DNA from: Candidatus Saccharimonadales bacterium
GTDB lineage: Bacteria > Patescibacteriota > Saccharimonadia > Saccharimonadales > EFPC-124
Direction of reading: 5' to 3'
Assembly: GCA_035710125.1 (NCBI GenBank)
Contig: DASTDY010000039.1
Span: 6,848-70,847, forward strand
Length of the DNA: 64,000 bases
Part shown: piece after piece, positions 38,196 to 47,122 of the stretch
Position numbering within the stretch: position 1 is the first letter of the stretch
How the letters are laid out: each line of letters starts with the position of its first letter
Translations under genes and position numbers: made by a program
Notes under the pieces: model-generated
Seen by the model: the letters and a program-made list of their open reading frames with translations, nothing else
The model's database searches: none
What the model was told of the DNA's origin: nothing

Positions 38196-39575
38196 TTATT
38201 CGTGGTGCTTGTCGAGCGACATGAACTTGAGCCGCTCAGGGTGGAAATAAAGCTCAACCGTACCGACTGGCCCGTTACGATGTTTTTTAATCATTAGTTC
38301 GGTCACATGCTGACGGTCTGTCTCTTGGTTGTAGTAATCTTCGCGATATAAAAACATTACAATGTCGGCGTCTTGCTCAATTGATCCAGATTCGCGCAGG
38401 TCAGACAGCTGAGGGTGAGGCGGCGTGCGGCTTTCTACCGAGCGGCTCAGCTGGGACAGTGCAATGACTGGCACGTTAAGTTCACGGGCGACCAATTTGA
38501 GGCCTCGTGAGATCTCAGAAATTTCTTGCACGCGGTTATCGTTGCCACTACGGCTGCTGCCGCTCATAAGCTGTAAGTAGTCGATTACAATCAGCCCCAA
38601 CGGACGTTCATGGGCAGCACGGCGGGCTTTGGTTCGGAGCTCAAGCACGCTTAAACCTGGCGTGTCATCTATAAAAATGGGGGCTTCGGCCAAAGTGCCC
38701 ATGGCGTGGCTGAGTTTTTCAAAGTCGTCGTCGCTTAGGTTGCCGGTGCGGATGTTCCAGGCATCTACTCCTGCTTCGTCGGCTAACATGCGGTCTACGA
38801 GCTGTTCTTTGCTCATCTCTAGGCTAAACACTAGTACTGCGTGGTTTTGCTGCACTGCAACGTTGTGAGCTAAGTTTAAGGCAAAAGTTGACTTACCCAT
38901 AGCGGGGCGGGCGGCTAAAATTATAAGGTCGCTGCGCTGCAGGCCGGCCATCATGTTGTCCATGTCGCGGTAGCCGGTGGGGATGCCACGCATTTTAGAT
39001 TTGTCGCGGTGGAGTTCTTCCATGCGGTCGAACGTTTCGGTGAGCACTTGCTCTAGACTGGTTAACTCTTGGCGTAGGGCGTCGTCGGACACGGCAAAAA
39101 GTTCGGCCTCGGCATCGGCAAGAAGTTCATCGGAGCTTTTAGCCTCGTCGAATCCAAGCTCGGCAATGTTGCCCGATGCTTTAATAAGCCGGCGGCGCAT
39201 TGCGTTTTGGGCAATAATTTCGGCGTAACTTTCGGCGTGCGCAGCAGTAGGCACCTGGTTTGTGAGTTCGGCAAGGTACCCGGAGCCACCAGCGTCTTCT
39301 AGAAGGTCTTTCTTTTTGAGCTCGTCGGAGAGTGTTAGTAGGTCTACCGGTTTGTGGCGTTCGTATAATGTTACCATGCCGGCAAAAATGAGTGAGTGGC
39401 GAGGGTCGTAAAAGTCATCGGCTTTTAGCTTGTCGCCTACGCGGGTAAGGACGTCTTCGTCTATTAGTACGGCGCCTAAAATGCTCACCTCGGCGTCTAG
39501 GTTTTGTGGCGGCAGCTTGCCATCTTGCAGGTTACTAGTTTTTGCCTTGTTGTCAGGTTTGCTACGCTGGGGCAT
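38196..39575 (-). CDS. dnaB: Replicative DNA helicase DnaB
   Basis: 459 aa. LPPQNLDAEVSILGA N-terminus, Walker A ARPAMGKSTF, LSQLSR. Confidence 0.95.
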   Translation of the reverse strand: MPQRSKPDNKAKTSNLQDGKLPPQNLDAEVSILGAVLIDEDVLTRVGDKLKADDFYDPRHSLIFAGMVTLYERHKPVDLLTLSDELKKKDLLEDAGGSGYLAELTNQVPTAAHAESYAEIIAQNAMRRRLIKASGNIAELGFDEAKSSDELLADAEAELFAVSDDALRQELTSLEQVLTETFDRMEELHRDKSKMRGIPTGYRDMDNMMAGLQRSDLIILAARPAMGKSTFALNLAHNVAVQQNHAVLVFSLEMSKEQLVDRMLADEAGVDAWNIRTGNLSDDDFEKLSHAMGTLAEAPIFIDDTPGLSVLELRTKARRAAHERPLGLIVIDYLQLMSGSSRSGNDNRVQEISEISRGLKLVARELNVPVIALSQLSRSVESRTPPHPQLSDLRESGSIEQDADIVMFLYREDYYNQETDRQHVTELMIKKHRNGPVGTVELYFHPERLKFMSLDKHHE

Positions 39576-41007
39576 TTACAGTTTCTCCTCCGCCCATTAT
39601 TGCAGCAACCGATGCGACCACAGGGTCGGCGGGTGGTGGCGGTGGGGGTACGGCGTTAGGGTTTGTATCTGTCGTGATAAGTAAGGTAGAACCAAGGGTA
39701 GAAGAAATTATATTGGATAACACTGACTTAAGCTTGGCGTCATCTATTTTTTTACGATGGAGCGGATATTTAAACACCAGCAGTAGGCTTTGGTCTTTGG
39801 CGTTAAATTCTGGCTGGGCTTGCTTGACCACGCTATAGAGCGGTGGGTTAGACTTTTTTATGGCCGCAAGTAACATGTGCCAGGCAGTGTTGTCTAGATT
39901 TTTTAGTGGCTTAGTTGGTGCGGTTGGCTGTTCAGAGGTGTCTGTGTGTGTGCCCTTGTGCTGGGCGGGCGCTTTCTTAACAACCGGCGCTTCGGCGATT
40001 GCAGTCGCCTGCGGATGTGCCACTGTAGTTGGTATGCTTTTTGGTTCGGCCTTGGGAGGCGGTGCAGCAGGGGTAGGTTGTTTCATGAGCACCGTTAATA
40101 ACTTTAGGTCTGGGTTGTAGGCACGGGGCACCTCAAGCAGACCATCTATTATGGTGTATAGTTGCGGATTTGCAGGAGCCTCGGCCACGAGCGCCTTGCT
40201 CAGCTGCGAGGCCACAGTGCTCGCATTTGTTCCGCCTTGCAAAAGCTGGGCTAGCAGCTTGGTGACATCGGTAGAGCTGCTAGTTGTAATGGCCGCTACC
40301 AAGGCATTTAGCTGTTTTTTTGGTACCAGCCCCAGTACCTCGGCAACATCAGCAGCGGTTACTTCGCCCGTAGCCGCATGGGCAAGCTGGTCAAGTAAAC
40401 TTACGCTGTCTCTAAAACTGCCTTCGCCATGTTCGGCTATAAGGTTAAGTGCGTCATCGGTGATTTGAATGGATTCTTTATCTGCTACATTTCGTAAATG
40501 CGCAGCCACAACCTGGGCTGCCCCTGGCCTAAACGTAAACCGCTGCGTGCGGCTGATTATAGTTGCCGGAAGCTTTTGTACTTCTGTTGTCGCCAGAATG
40601 AACACTACATGCTCGGGCGGCTCTTCGAGTGTTTTTAGTAGCGCGTTAAAGCTCTCGCCGGTGAGCATGTGTACTTCGTCTATAATGTATACTTTGTATT
40701 TTGCGCTAACCGGTGCAATAAATACTTTGTCACGTAGGTCGCGGATGTCGTCTATGCGGCGGTTGCTGGCGGCGTCGATCTCTATAATATCTAAATGCGT
40801 TTTGTCACTGTAGGGCAAGCCATTAATTTGGTGCGCCAAAATGCGCGCTACGCTAGTTTTGCCAGTGCCACGTGGGCCGGTAAATAAATAGGCATGGCTA
40901 ATACGGCCAGCTTTAACTGCTCTGGCCAAAGTGTCGGTCACGTGTTCTTGCCCCACCAGTTCTTCAAGCGACCTCGAACGGTATTTTCGGTATAACGCCT
41001 GCCCCAT
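39562..41007 (-). CDS. dnaX: DNA polymerase III subunit gamma/tau
   Basis: 481 aa. GPRGTGKTS Walker A, IIDEVHML. Pro-rich C-terminus. 14-bp overlap with the dnaB start. Confidence 0.9.
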   Translation of the reverse strand: MGQALYRKYRSRSLEELVGQEHVTDTLARAVKAGRISHAYLFTGPRGTGKTSVARILAHQINGLPYSDKTHLDIIEIDAASNRRIDDIRDLRDKVFIAPVSAKYKVYIIDEVHMLTGESFNALLKTLEEPPEHVVFILATTEVQKLPATIISRTQRFTFRPGAAQVVAAHLRNVADKESIQITDDALNLIAEHGEGSFRDSVSLLDQLAHAATGEVTAADVAEVLGLVPKKQLNALVAAITTSSSTDVTKLLAQLLQGGTNASTVASQLSKALVAEAPANPQLYTIIDGLLEVPRAYNPDLKLLTVLMKQPTPAAPPPKAEPKSIPTTVAHPQATAIAEAPVVKKAPAQHKGTHTDTSEQPTAPTKPLKNLDNTAWHMLLAAIKKSNPPLYSVVKQAQPEFNAKDQSLLLVFKYPLHRKKIDDAKLKSVLSNIISSTLGSTLLITTDTNPNAVPPPPPPADPVVASVAAIMGGGETVNAPA

Positions 41008-41190
41008 ACTTGGTTTAAGTATACGCTACGTGGCGGGTTTTGGGCATTGTAGTATTTACGGAACAATTAGTCTGGGTGTGCCGGCAACCGACCCACCAGA
41101 CAGCCTGTATGCAAAATCATGACGCCAGCTGCCTCACTGCGGATATTAGGCCGTAGCCGACTCGCAGTTAAACCTATTTGCTACAAAATT

Positions 41191-41523
41191 TTAGAAGCAG
41201 CAGTGCGATACTTCCCAACTGATCGAGGGAAGGAACGCACCGAGGTCCTTGATGTGCTCTCTGTACGCACTAGACAGCGTTGCGAGCAGAGCGTTTTGCT
41301 CTTTTTCGCCACCATCTGGGTCAAGAATGAAGTCACGCAAGGGCACGCGCTGCAAACGATTCATGAGCCGAACATGGAACACCTCCTTGTCTTGTGGCTC
41401 AAAACCTGGCACAAACTCGCACCGCGCCTCTATCCAGTTGTGCTGTCCTGTCGCGCATTTAAGCACCTCTACATGGAAATCTGCAAAGGACACCTCAAGC
41501 CGTGGCCTGAAGCATTCCTTCAT
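41191..41523 (-). CDS. Hypothetical protein, second ORF of a GC-rich pair (or 3' part of a frameshifted gene)
   Basis: ATG at 41523 (MKECFRPRLEVSF...). The track ORF extends to a GTG at 41613 and overlaps the upstream ORF by 85 nt in another frame. Confidence 0.4.
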   Translation of the reverse strand: MKECFRPRLEVSFADFHVEVLKCATGQHNWIEARCEFVPGFEPQDKEVFHVRLMNRLQRVPLRDFILDPDGGEKEQNALLATLSSAYREHIKDLGAFLPSISWEVSHCCF

Positions 41524-41528
41524 ACGCC

Positions 41529-41744
41529 TTACGACTGTGGGCAGGTCTGAGTGATGGTCAAAAGAATGTACGCCGCCCAAGAACCGTCGGGCGCCAAGAC
41601 GGGTGGTTGCCACCCCACCTTAAGCCCACGCATCGCAGTAGGGAATTGTGCGAATGCTTCCTCACTTCCCTCATCAAAAACAACAGCAAAACCAAGCCGG
41701 TCATCAGACAATTGGACGTGACTAGCCTGCGGAAAGGTCTCCAC
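41529..41744 (-). CDS. Hypothetical protein, first ORF of a GC-rich pair (or 5' part of a frameshifted gene)
   Basis: 71 aa with a GTG start 5 nt after GAAGGAG. Confidence 0.4.
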   Translation of the reverse strand: METFPQASHVQLSDDRLGFAVVFDEGSEEAFAQFPTAMRGLKVGWQPPVLAPDGSWAAYILLTITQTCPQS

Positions 41745-41783
41745 CTGGCTCCTTCGTGTGTAGCTGTAGGCCGTTCAATTATA

Positions 41784-42293
41784 CTACAATGCTGCTTCTA
41801 CGGCCGCCCATTCGGCGTCGCGGTTGTCTTCGGGGATAATAATGCTAACTTGGTCGCCAATTTTGCACTTAAAGTAGGTAACGCTCGCCATAAGCACGCG
41901 GTACTCTTTGCCGGCGGCCTCTACAAAAAATGTGCCGTCATGCTGCCTAAGCACGCCGATAATTTGCCTGCGTGCCACAGGGCCGATCTGCTTGTAAATA
42001 AATGTGCCGTCATCTGCGATCGTAAGCTTAAGAATATCGCCTTCTACCAGTTTAGATTTGCTGGCGTAGTTTGCGGGCACAGGGTATGTTTTGCCGTCTG
42101 GGCCAATCATGGTTTGGCCATCGAACACCCCTTCTATAACTTTGCCTGCGACTTCTTCTTTGGCGCCGGTTACTACGGCTTCGTCGTCGCCCACTAAGCT
42201 AATCAATAATTCTTTTGCGGCCGAAAGGTTGGTCTCGGCATCTTGAATAAGCGACCGTAGCCGTTTGATTTGCTTCTCGGGTAATTCTGCCAC
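41784..42293 (-). CDS. Conserved hypothetical protein
   Basis: Probable GTG start at 42293 after AAGGAA (MAELPEKQIKRLR...). An N-terminal helix followed by two beta-rich repeats. Backbone composition. Confidence 0.55.
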   Translation of the reverse strand: MAELPEKQIKRLRSLIQDAETNLSAAKELLISLVGDDEAVVTGAKEEVAGKVIEGVFDGQTMIGPDGKTYPVPANYASKSKLVEGDILKLTIADDGTFIYKQIGPVARRQIIGVLRQHDGTFFVEAAGKEYRVLMASVTYFKCKIGDQVSIIIPEDNRDAEWAAVEAAL

Positions 42294-42432
42294 TATTGTA
42301 AATTCCTTATCTGTTTGTTTCCAGGCGACTGCCCGACTACTTGCTGACAGCATACCACCTGCTCACTACATGGTCAATAAAGTTTTCCACAGACACCCTA
42401 GATTTAGCGTAGGCGAATTTTTTTTGGCTCTA

Positions 42433-43656
42433 TTACAGTTTATTTTGTACTTTTTTAACGATGCTGGCGACGGCTTCTTTATACTTTGCAAGCCGTCCAA
42501 TGCTGCCTAAGCTTAGGTTTTGCGCATTAAACGCGTTCCGTTGTAGATACGTTGCGAGCAGGTTGTAAAATGTGCTCAAATCACCGCGCCTTAACCATTC
42601 GTTTGCCCCATGCATGTCCCCACCTTCGGGGTAGATGATTGCGGTCGGAATGTTGAGCGCAGCAAAATAGCGGGCATCGCTCGCACCTAATGCCTGCGTG
42701 AACTCAACTGGCTTTTGCCGTACATCGCTAAGCGCGGTTAAAAATTCCTGCACTAACGGACTCTCTTCTAAAAGGTGTACGGGCGAATCATGGAGGCTTA
42801 CTTGCACTCGCAGCCCATGCTGCGCTGCGACCTGCTCAATAAACCGGAGCGCGGTTTCTAGTTGGTGGTTTTCGAAGGCACGGACGCTAATCCCGGCTTT
42901 TACCCACGCAGGTGTTTGGGTAGAATTTATGGCACCGCTGTTTGTAGATTGCAGGGTATTTATGCTTACGACTGTCCCGTTAGGGTCGTCATTCGGAAAA
43001 TGGTCTATGATTTTTTGGAGCGCTGGCAAGAACTGAGGCAGCGGGTTTTTACCTTCCCAAGTCCTTGAGCTGTGCGCACTGAGCCCTTCGGCCTTTAGGT
43101 ACACGTATAATAAGCCCTTGGCCCGTTGCTCAACCTTCCAGTCGCGCCCACCATCGGGCACAATGGCTAGGTCGCAGCGCCAACCTTTTTGTAAAAAATC
43201 TAGGGCGCCATCGCGGCCGCCACGTTCTTCGTCGGATGTAATAAGAATGCCAAAATCGTACGCTGCGAGCGTGTCTTCGGCGGCTAAATCCTTTACTAGC
43301 TCGTGCGCGACTGCTGCGGCGAACTTCATATCTATGACACCGCGGCCAAAGATTTTATCGTCGGCTATTCTTATAGTAAAGTGCGCGTCGTCGGCTGGCG
43401 ACACAACGTCGAAATGAATAACTAGCAATATTTTTACCCGTTTTGTGGATTGCGCCTTTGGGTTTGCAGTTGCGATAAGCCAAGGGTGCGCGTTTTCTTC
43501 TACGTGCACCGCCATGCCCAGGCTTACGAATTCACTGGCCAGTGCCTTAATTGCATCGCTATTAGCAATAAGGTCGTTAGAATCTGTTGGCATGGCAACA
43601 AAGCGCCCCAATGTGGCTTCTAACCGAGATTGCAATGCTTTGTTTTGGCTGACCAT
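42433..43656 (-). CDS. M20 family metallopeptidase (ArgE/DapE-like deacylase)
   Basis: 407 aa. LLVIHFDVV and ITSDEERGG metal-binding motifs. Confidence 0.75.
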   Translation of the reverse strand: MVSQNKALQSRLEATLGRFVAMPTDSNDLIANSDAIKALASEFVSLGMAVHVEENAHPWLIATANPKAQSTKRVKILLVIHFDVVSPADDAHFTIRIADDKIFGRGVIDMKFAAAVAHELVKDLAAEDTLAAYDFGILITSDEERGGRDGALDFLQKGWRCDLAIVPDGGRDWKVEQRAKGLLYVYLKAEGLSAHSSRTWEGKNPLPQFLPALQKIIDHFPNDDPNGTVVSINTLQSTNSGAINSTQTPAWVKAGISVRAFENHQLETALRFIEQVAAQHGLRVQVSLHDSPVHLLEESPLVQEFLTALSDVRQKPVEFTQALGASDARYFAALNIPTAIIYPEGGDMHGANEWLRRGDLSTFYNLLATYLQRNAFNAQNLSLGSIGRLAKYKEAVASIVKKVQNKL

Positions 43657-43704
43657 TGCCGCACAGTATAACTAAAGTTGGGGCGTGGCGCAATTGGCTA
43701 CATA

Positions 43705-43728
43705 ACAAAAACACCCCTGTAAGGGGTG
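43705..43728 (-). terminator. Intrinsic terminator of rplL
   Basis: On the - strand, CACCCCT/AGGGGTG hairpin (43712-43728) followed by TTTTTGT (complement of 43705-43711). Confidence 0.75.
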
Positions 43729-43768
43729 CCTTTGCAACAGTTGGCCAAACGATTTGTAGGTTTTATGC

Positions 43769-44182
43769 TTACGCGACTTCGACAGATGCGCCAGCTTCTT
43801 CCAAAGCTTTTTTGGCGGCTTCGGCGTCTTCTTTGCTGACTTTTTCTTTGATTGGGCTTGGGACGTTGTCTACAAGGCCCTTAGCTTCGCCTAAACCAAG
43901 GCCGGTAAGCTCTTTAACAGCCTTAATAACGGCTACTTTTTGGGCGCCAGCGTCTTTTAGGGTAACGGTGAACTCAGTCTTTTCGTCTGCAGCAGCGGCA
44001 GCGCCATCTGCGGCTGGGGCAGCGGCAACAGCTACAGCTGGAGCAGCAGCGCTTACACCCCAGTATTCTTCTAGGAATTTAACGAATTTACTGATTTCTA
44101 GTGCGCTCATTTTGTCTAGTTCGTCAACGAGTTTTTTGAACTCGGCTGGAACTTCGACAGTTTTCTTCTCTTCTTCTGCCAT
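43769..44182 (-). CDS. rplL: 50S ribosomal protein L7/L12
   Basis: 137 aa. Ala-rich hinge and [19 protein letters not shown]-terminal domain. Confidence 0.95.
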   Translation of the reverse strand: MAEEEKKTVEVPAEFKKLVDELDKMSALEISKFVKFLEEYWGVSAAAPAVAVAAAPAADGAAAAADEKTEFTVTLKDAGAQKVAVIKAVKELTGLGLGEAKGLVDNVPSPIKEKVSKEDAEAAKKALEEAGASVEVA

Positions 44183-44207
44183 AATGGTCTCCTTTAAATT
44201 GCGAAAA

Positions 44208-44741
44208 TTAGTTTTCCAAAGCCTCGGCGCGGGCGTTCAAGACGTTTAATACGCCACGGACGTTGCCGGCCAGTACATTGACGAAACCAGATAGCGGTGC
44301 AGCAATAGTGCCAACCAACATACCACGGAGCTGGTCCTTGGTGGGAAGGCTTGCAAGTGCTTTTACGTCTGCCTGTTCCATTAATGTGCCTGCTGCGTCT
44401 ACGGCGCCAATTAGCTGTAGGGCGTCATGCGTTTTAGCAAATGTTGCCAGAACTTGCGCTGGGGCGACTTCGTCGTCGGCGCTCATGGCGTACAGCAACT
44501 GGCCCTTCATTAGGCTAGTGTCGACGTCTTTTAGCTGCTCTGTTTGCGACATTGCAACGCGAACCAGGCGGTTTTTAACCACTTTAATGGTCACACCTGA
44601 TTCACGGGCAGCACGGCGTAAGCTTTGGAGTTCTTTTACAGTCAACCCTTGGTACTGTGCAAATACCGTAAGCTTAGCGGCGCTAAGCAGTCCGGCAAAT
44701 TCAGCAACCTGGGCTTCTTTTGTCTGGCGTGAAATTGCCAT
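44208..44741 (-). CDS. rplJ: 50S ribosomal protein L10
   Basis: Start at the ATG at 44741 ([12 protein letters not shown]...), 177 aa. Immediately upstream of rplL. Confidence 0.9.
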   Translation of the reverse strand: MAISRQTKEAQVAEFAGLLSAAKLTVFAQYQGLTVKELQSLRRAARESGVTIKVVKNRLVRVAMSQTEQLKDVDTSLMKGQLLYAMSADDEVAPAQVLATFAKTHDALQLIGAVDAAGTLMEQADVKALASLPTKDQLRGMLVGTIAAPLSGFVNVLAGNVRGVLNVLNARAEALEN

Positions 44742-44924
44742 AAAGACTCCTTTTTTACTAGTGTTTGGCCAGATTGTTAAGGTGATCCGAGTTTGCAAAG
44801 GCTACAAAAAAGAGTCTTTGATTCTCGCATTACCAAAGACTCTTGCAGTGAGATAACAAATTTTTATGTCATTCCTCGGTAGCGGATTAAGCCCTTAGGC
44901 GGCTACTGTCTGTGGTAATGTTCG
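44742..44924 (-). promoter_or_regulatory. rplJ 5' leader with attenuator hairpin (L10-leader-like)
   Basis: On the - strand, AAGAGTCTTTG (complement of 44834-44844) pairs with CAAAGACTCTT (complement of 44810-44820), followed by TTTTTTG. This sits inside a ~180-nt leader between the predicted promoter and the rplJ RBS. Confidence 0.5.
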
Positions 44925-44930
44925 CTTTGA

Positions 44931-44959
44931 AGTATATATAAGTATTGTCTTTGTGTCAA
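44931..44959 (-). promoter_or_regulatory. Near-consensus sigma70-type promoter for rplJL
   Basis: On the - strand, TTGACA (44959-44954), 17-nt spacer, TATACT (44936-44931). Confidence 0.55.
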
Positions 44960-44972
44960 CGGTTGGGCTTTG

Positions 44973-45104
44973 GCTCGATGAAATAGCTATGTGAATAAAG
45001 TATGCGTTTCGCGCCAGGCCTGGGATCTGCCAAACAGGCAGATCCATTGGCTCGGGCTGCACTACGCTGAACCCACTTTATTCACATAGCTATTTCATAC
45101 GAGC
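44973..45104. repeat. Nested inverted-repeat element (24-bp perfect arms, GC-rich core with an inner 9-bp hairpin)
   Basis: ATGAAATAGCTATGTGAATAAAGT (44978-45001) is the exact reverse complement of 45075-45098. The arms extend to GCTCG/CGAGC with a 1-nt bulge. The core holds GGATCTGCC (45023-45031) paired with GGCAGATCC (45037-45045), and the palindrome CCAGGCCTGG. Confidence 0.85.
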
Positions 45105-45256
45105 AATGTTGACAACAGCCAGTCGAATATGAGTAAATGATAATCGTGAACACTCTTACCCACAGCGCCAACTACATGCAAGCTCTCAAAGGCTTTATTA
45201 TTGTGCGCAAAATTACGGGTTGAGTTCATAGCATCGCATTAACACCAGCAAACACA

Positions 45257-45293
45257 CCGAGCTCAACCCACCAGTTGAGCTCGGTTTTCGTTT
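45257..45293 (+). terminator. Intrinsic terminator on the + strand
   Basis: CCGAGCTCAAC (45257-45267) pairs with GTTGAGCTCGG (45274-45284), followed by TTTTCGTTT. It overlaps the TTG start proposed for the 45275 track ORF. Confidence 0.65.
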
Positions 45294-45412
45294 CTGGCAA
45301 GTCTTTACCAGCTTGTGACGCTAGCCGCATGCTGGTATGGGCTTACCAGCCCAATGTTGCCGAATCCCTTGAACCGGCTACAAAAAACGCGCATCGACGT
45401 CTGGAGGGCATG

Positions 45413-45658
45413 ATGGGCAATGGTCGAGCAAAAGTGTGTGTTTACGGACGGGCACGAAAGTTGTTAAGGGACATAGAAGCCCTTAACAACATGAAGCTCG
45501 ACGTCCACACTATGTCGCGACGTGAATGGGGCCGTAACATGGCCGAGCTCGTTCGCAAAGTTGCAGATTCTGGCCTAAGCCCGATTGCCGTGCGCCAGTG
45601 GCTCCCACCTTGGCTTGCCGAGGCGGTTGAGCGCGAACGCGTTCGGTCTGCGGCCTAG
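45413..45658 (+). CDS. Small hypothetical protein, possible HTH (GC-rich cassette)
   Basis: Trimmed to the ATG at 45413, 5 nt after GGAGG (MGNGRAKVCVYGRARKLL...). The upstream part of the track ORF contains the terminator. SGLSPIAVRQWL resembles a recognition helix. Confidence 0.45.
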   Translation: MGNGRAKVCVYGRARKLLRDIEALNNMKLDVHTMSRREWGRNMAELVRKVADSGLSPIAVRQWLPPWLAEAVERERVRSAA

Positions 45659-45723
45659 GCACACACATTCTTTCTCCAATGACGCATCACTCGGCCGCAG
45701 AACACGCGGGCGACAGATGTGCA

Positions 45724-45767
45724 GCCGTCAGGCAGGATAGGGTCACAAGCCCTATCCGCCTGACGGC
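45724..45767 (+). terminator. Long ~18-bp GC hairpin 3' of the 45413-45658 cassette
   Basis: GCCGTCAGGC-A-GGATAGGG (45724-45742) pairs with CCCTATCC-GCCTGACGGC (45750-45767). No U tract. Confidence 0.55.
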
Positions 45768-45849
45768 AATACTCCCAGATTCTGCCTTTACAAAAAGTGC
45801 TGATAATCATAATCTGAAAGCATTAATTAAGATAACTTGAGGGATATGC

Positions 45850-45957
45850 ATGACAAACGTTGCCGACACACAGGCTGATGCCTACTACGACGAAGACCAC
45901 GTAGAAGACGAAGAACTCGACCTTAGCTTTTTAGACGACGAAGAAACAAAAAAATAG
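45850..45957 (+). CDS. Candidate 35-aa highly acidic micro-ORF
   Basis: Below the ORF-track cutoff. GAGGGA lies 6 nt upstream of the ATG. MTNVADTQADAYYDEDHVEDEELDLSFLDDEETKK. It ends 20 nt before the GT4 gene start. Confidence 0.3.
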   Translation: MTNVADTQADAYYDEDHVEDEELDLSFLDDEETKK

Positions 45958-45976
45958 CCTCTTGGCTTCATGTAGC

Positions 45977-47122
45977 ATGAGGATTGGTCTTGTTGTCCCT
46001 CATATTTTTATGCATAGGCAGATTTTGCCGCATGTTATTTTTTCGCCAGGGCAGCTTGCGCTTACTTTGGCAGACGGGCTCCAGGGACTTGGTGCCCAGG
46101 TAACATTATTTACGCCTGGTCCAGTCGATACAAACGCAACAAACGTAACTGCTGACCTTACTTATTTCGAGCAAGAACTCGCCGCCCGTGGCGACACCTA
46201 CACCGACCTTCTAAAAAAACACCCTCTCACATTTATTACACTCGCCCGTCAGGTCCAAAGCGAACTTATTGCCAAAGCCTATAGCCTTGCTAACGACAAC
46301 CAGTTGGATATTGTACATATTTACACCAACGAAGAAGATATAGCCCTGCCCTTTGCAGCCCTTTGCAACAAACCTGTTGTGTTTACCCACCATGACCCTT
46401 TTAACTTTCTTGTGAAGTATAAAAATGTGTTTCCAAAATATTCATCTGTACCGTGGCTTTCGGTTTCTTACGCCCAACGCACGGGCATGCCGCCAAAAAC
46501 CAACTGGGTTGCCAACATTTATCACGGGATAGAAGGCAACCTATTGCAGCCTGTTAAAAACCCTTCGTCTGATTACGTTGTGTATATTGGCAGAATAATC
46601 CAGCAAAAGGGTGTGCATCTTGCAATAGAAGCCGCAAAACGGGCGGGGGTGCCGCTAAAAATCGCTGGCCGTCATTATGCGGGTAAAAAAGATGCGTATT
46701 GGCGCGAATATATTGAGCCTCGGCTTGGTGACGGCGTTGAATATTTGGGGTTTATAAAAGACAGCCACCAAAAACGGCAGTTGCTTGGGAACGCGCGCGC
46801 CCTTATTATGCCATCGCTTTTTGACGAGCCTTTTGGCATGGTGGCGATTGAATCCCTCGCCTGTGGTACGCCCGTGGTGGGATTAAATTCTGGAGCTATC
46901 CCAGAGGTCGTAAAAGACAAGCTTACTGGTTTTATTGTTGCCAATGCGCAAAATGAAGCATCTACCGTTGCTTCAATCGCCCAAGCTATTAAAAACGTCA
47001 CCTCTTTAGACCGAAACACCTGTCGGCGCGACTTTGAACAGCGCTTTACTGCCCAGCGCATGTGCCAAGAGCATCTCTCTGCCTACAAAACGCTCACTAC
47101 AACACTACCAGAGGCGCTTTAA
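45977..47122 (+). CDS. Glycosyltransferase family 4
   Basis: Start at the ATG at 45977 (MRIGLVVPHIF...). MPSLFDEPFGMVAIESLACGTPVVG C-terminal GT4 signature. Confidence 0.8.
   Translation: MRIGLVVPHIFMHRQILPHVIFSPGQLALTLADGLQGLGAQVTLFTPGPVDTNATNVTADLTYFEQELAARGDTYTDLLKKHPLTFITLARQVQSELIAKAYSLANDNQLDIVHIYTNEEDIALPFAALCNKPVVFTHHDPFNFLVKYKNVFPKYSSVPWLSVSYAQRTGMPPKTNWVANIYHGIEGNLLQPVKNPSSDYVVYIGRIIQQKGVHLAIEAAKRAGVPLKIAGRHYAGKKDAYWREYIEPRLGDGVEYLGFIKDSHQKRQLLGNARALIMPSLFDEPFGMVAIESLACGTPVVGLNSGAIPEVVKDKLTGFIVANAQNEASTVASIAQAIKNVTSLDRNTCRRDFEQRFTAQRMCQEHLSAYKTLTTTLPEAL

Noticed and set aside
39562-39680. G-rich low-complexity stretch (GGTGGTGGCGGTGGGGG) that looks like a simple repeat.
   Set aside because: It is the reverse complement of the poly-Pro C-terminus of DnaX (PPPPPPADP), which is coding low complexity and not a repeat element. 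The GCA/GCT-rich run at 43990-44050 is likewise the Ala hinge of L7/L12.
41008-41190. Possible SRP RNA (ffs) upstream of dnaX, as found in many bacteria.
   Set aside because: I could not find the conserved helix-8 features (GGAA/GNAR tetraloop flanked by the AGCA/AGG symmetric loop) on either strand. The hairpins present are more simply read as the 3' structure of the adjacent GC-rich cassette. An Infernal scan with the SRP models would settle it.
45137-45223. 28-aa ORF MIIVNTLTHSANYMQALKGFIIVRKITG as a gene (for example a type I toxin).
   Set aside because: It has no recognisable RBS and I can show no conservation. It is mentioned only within the small-RNA candidate finding.
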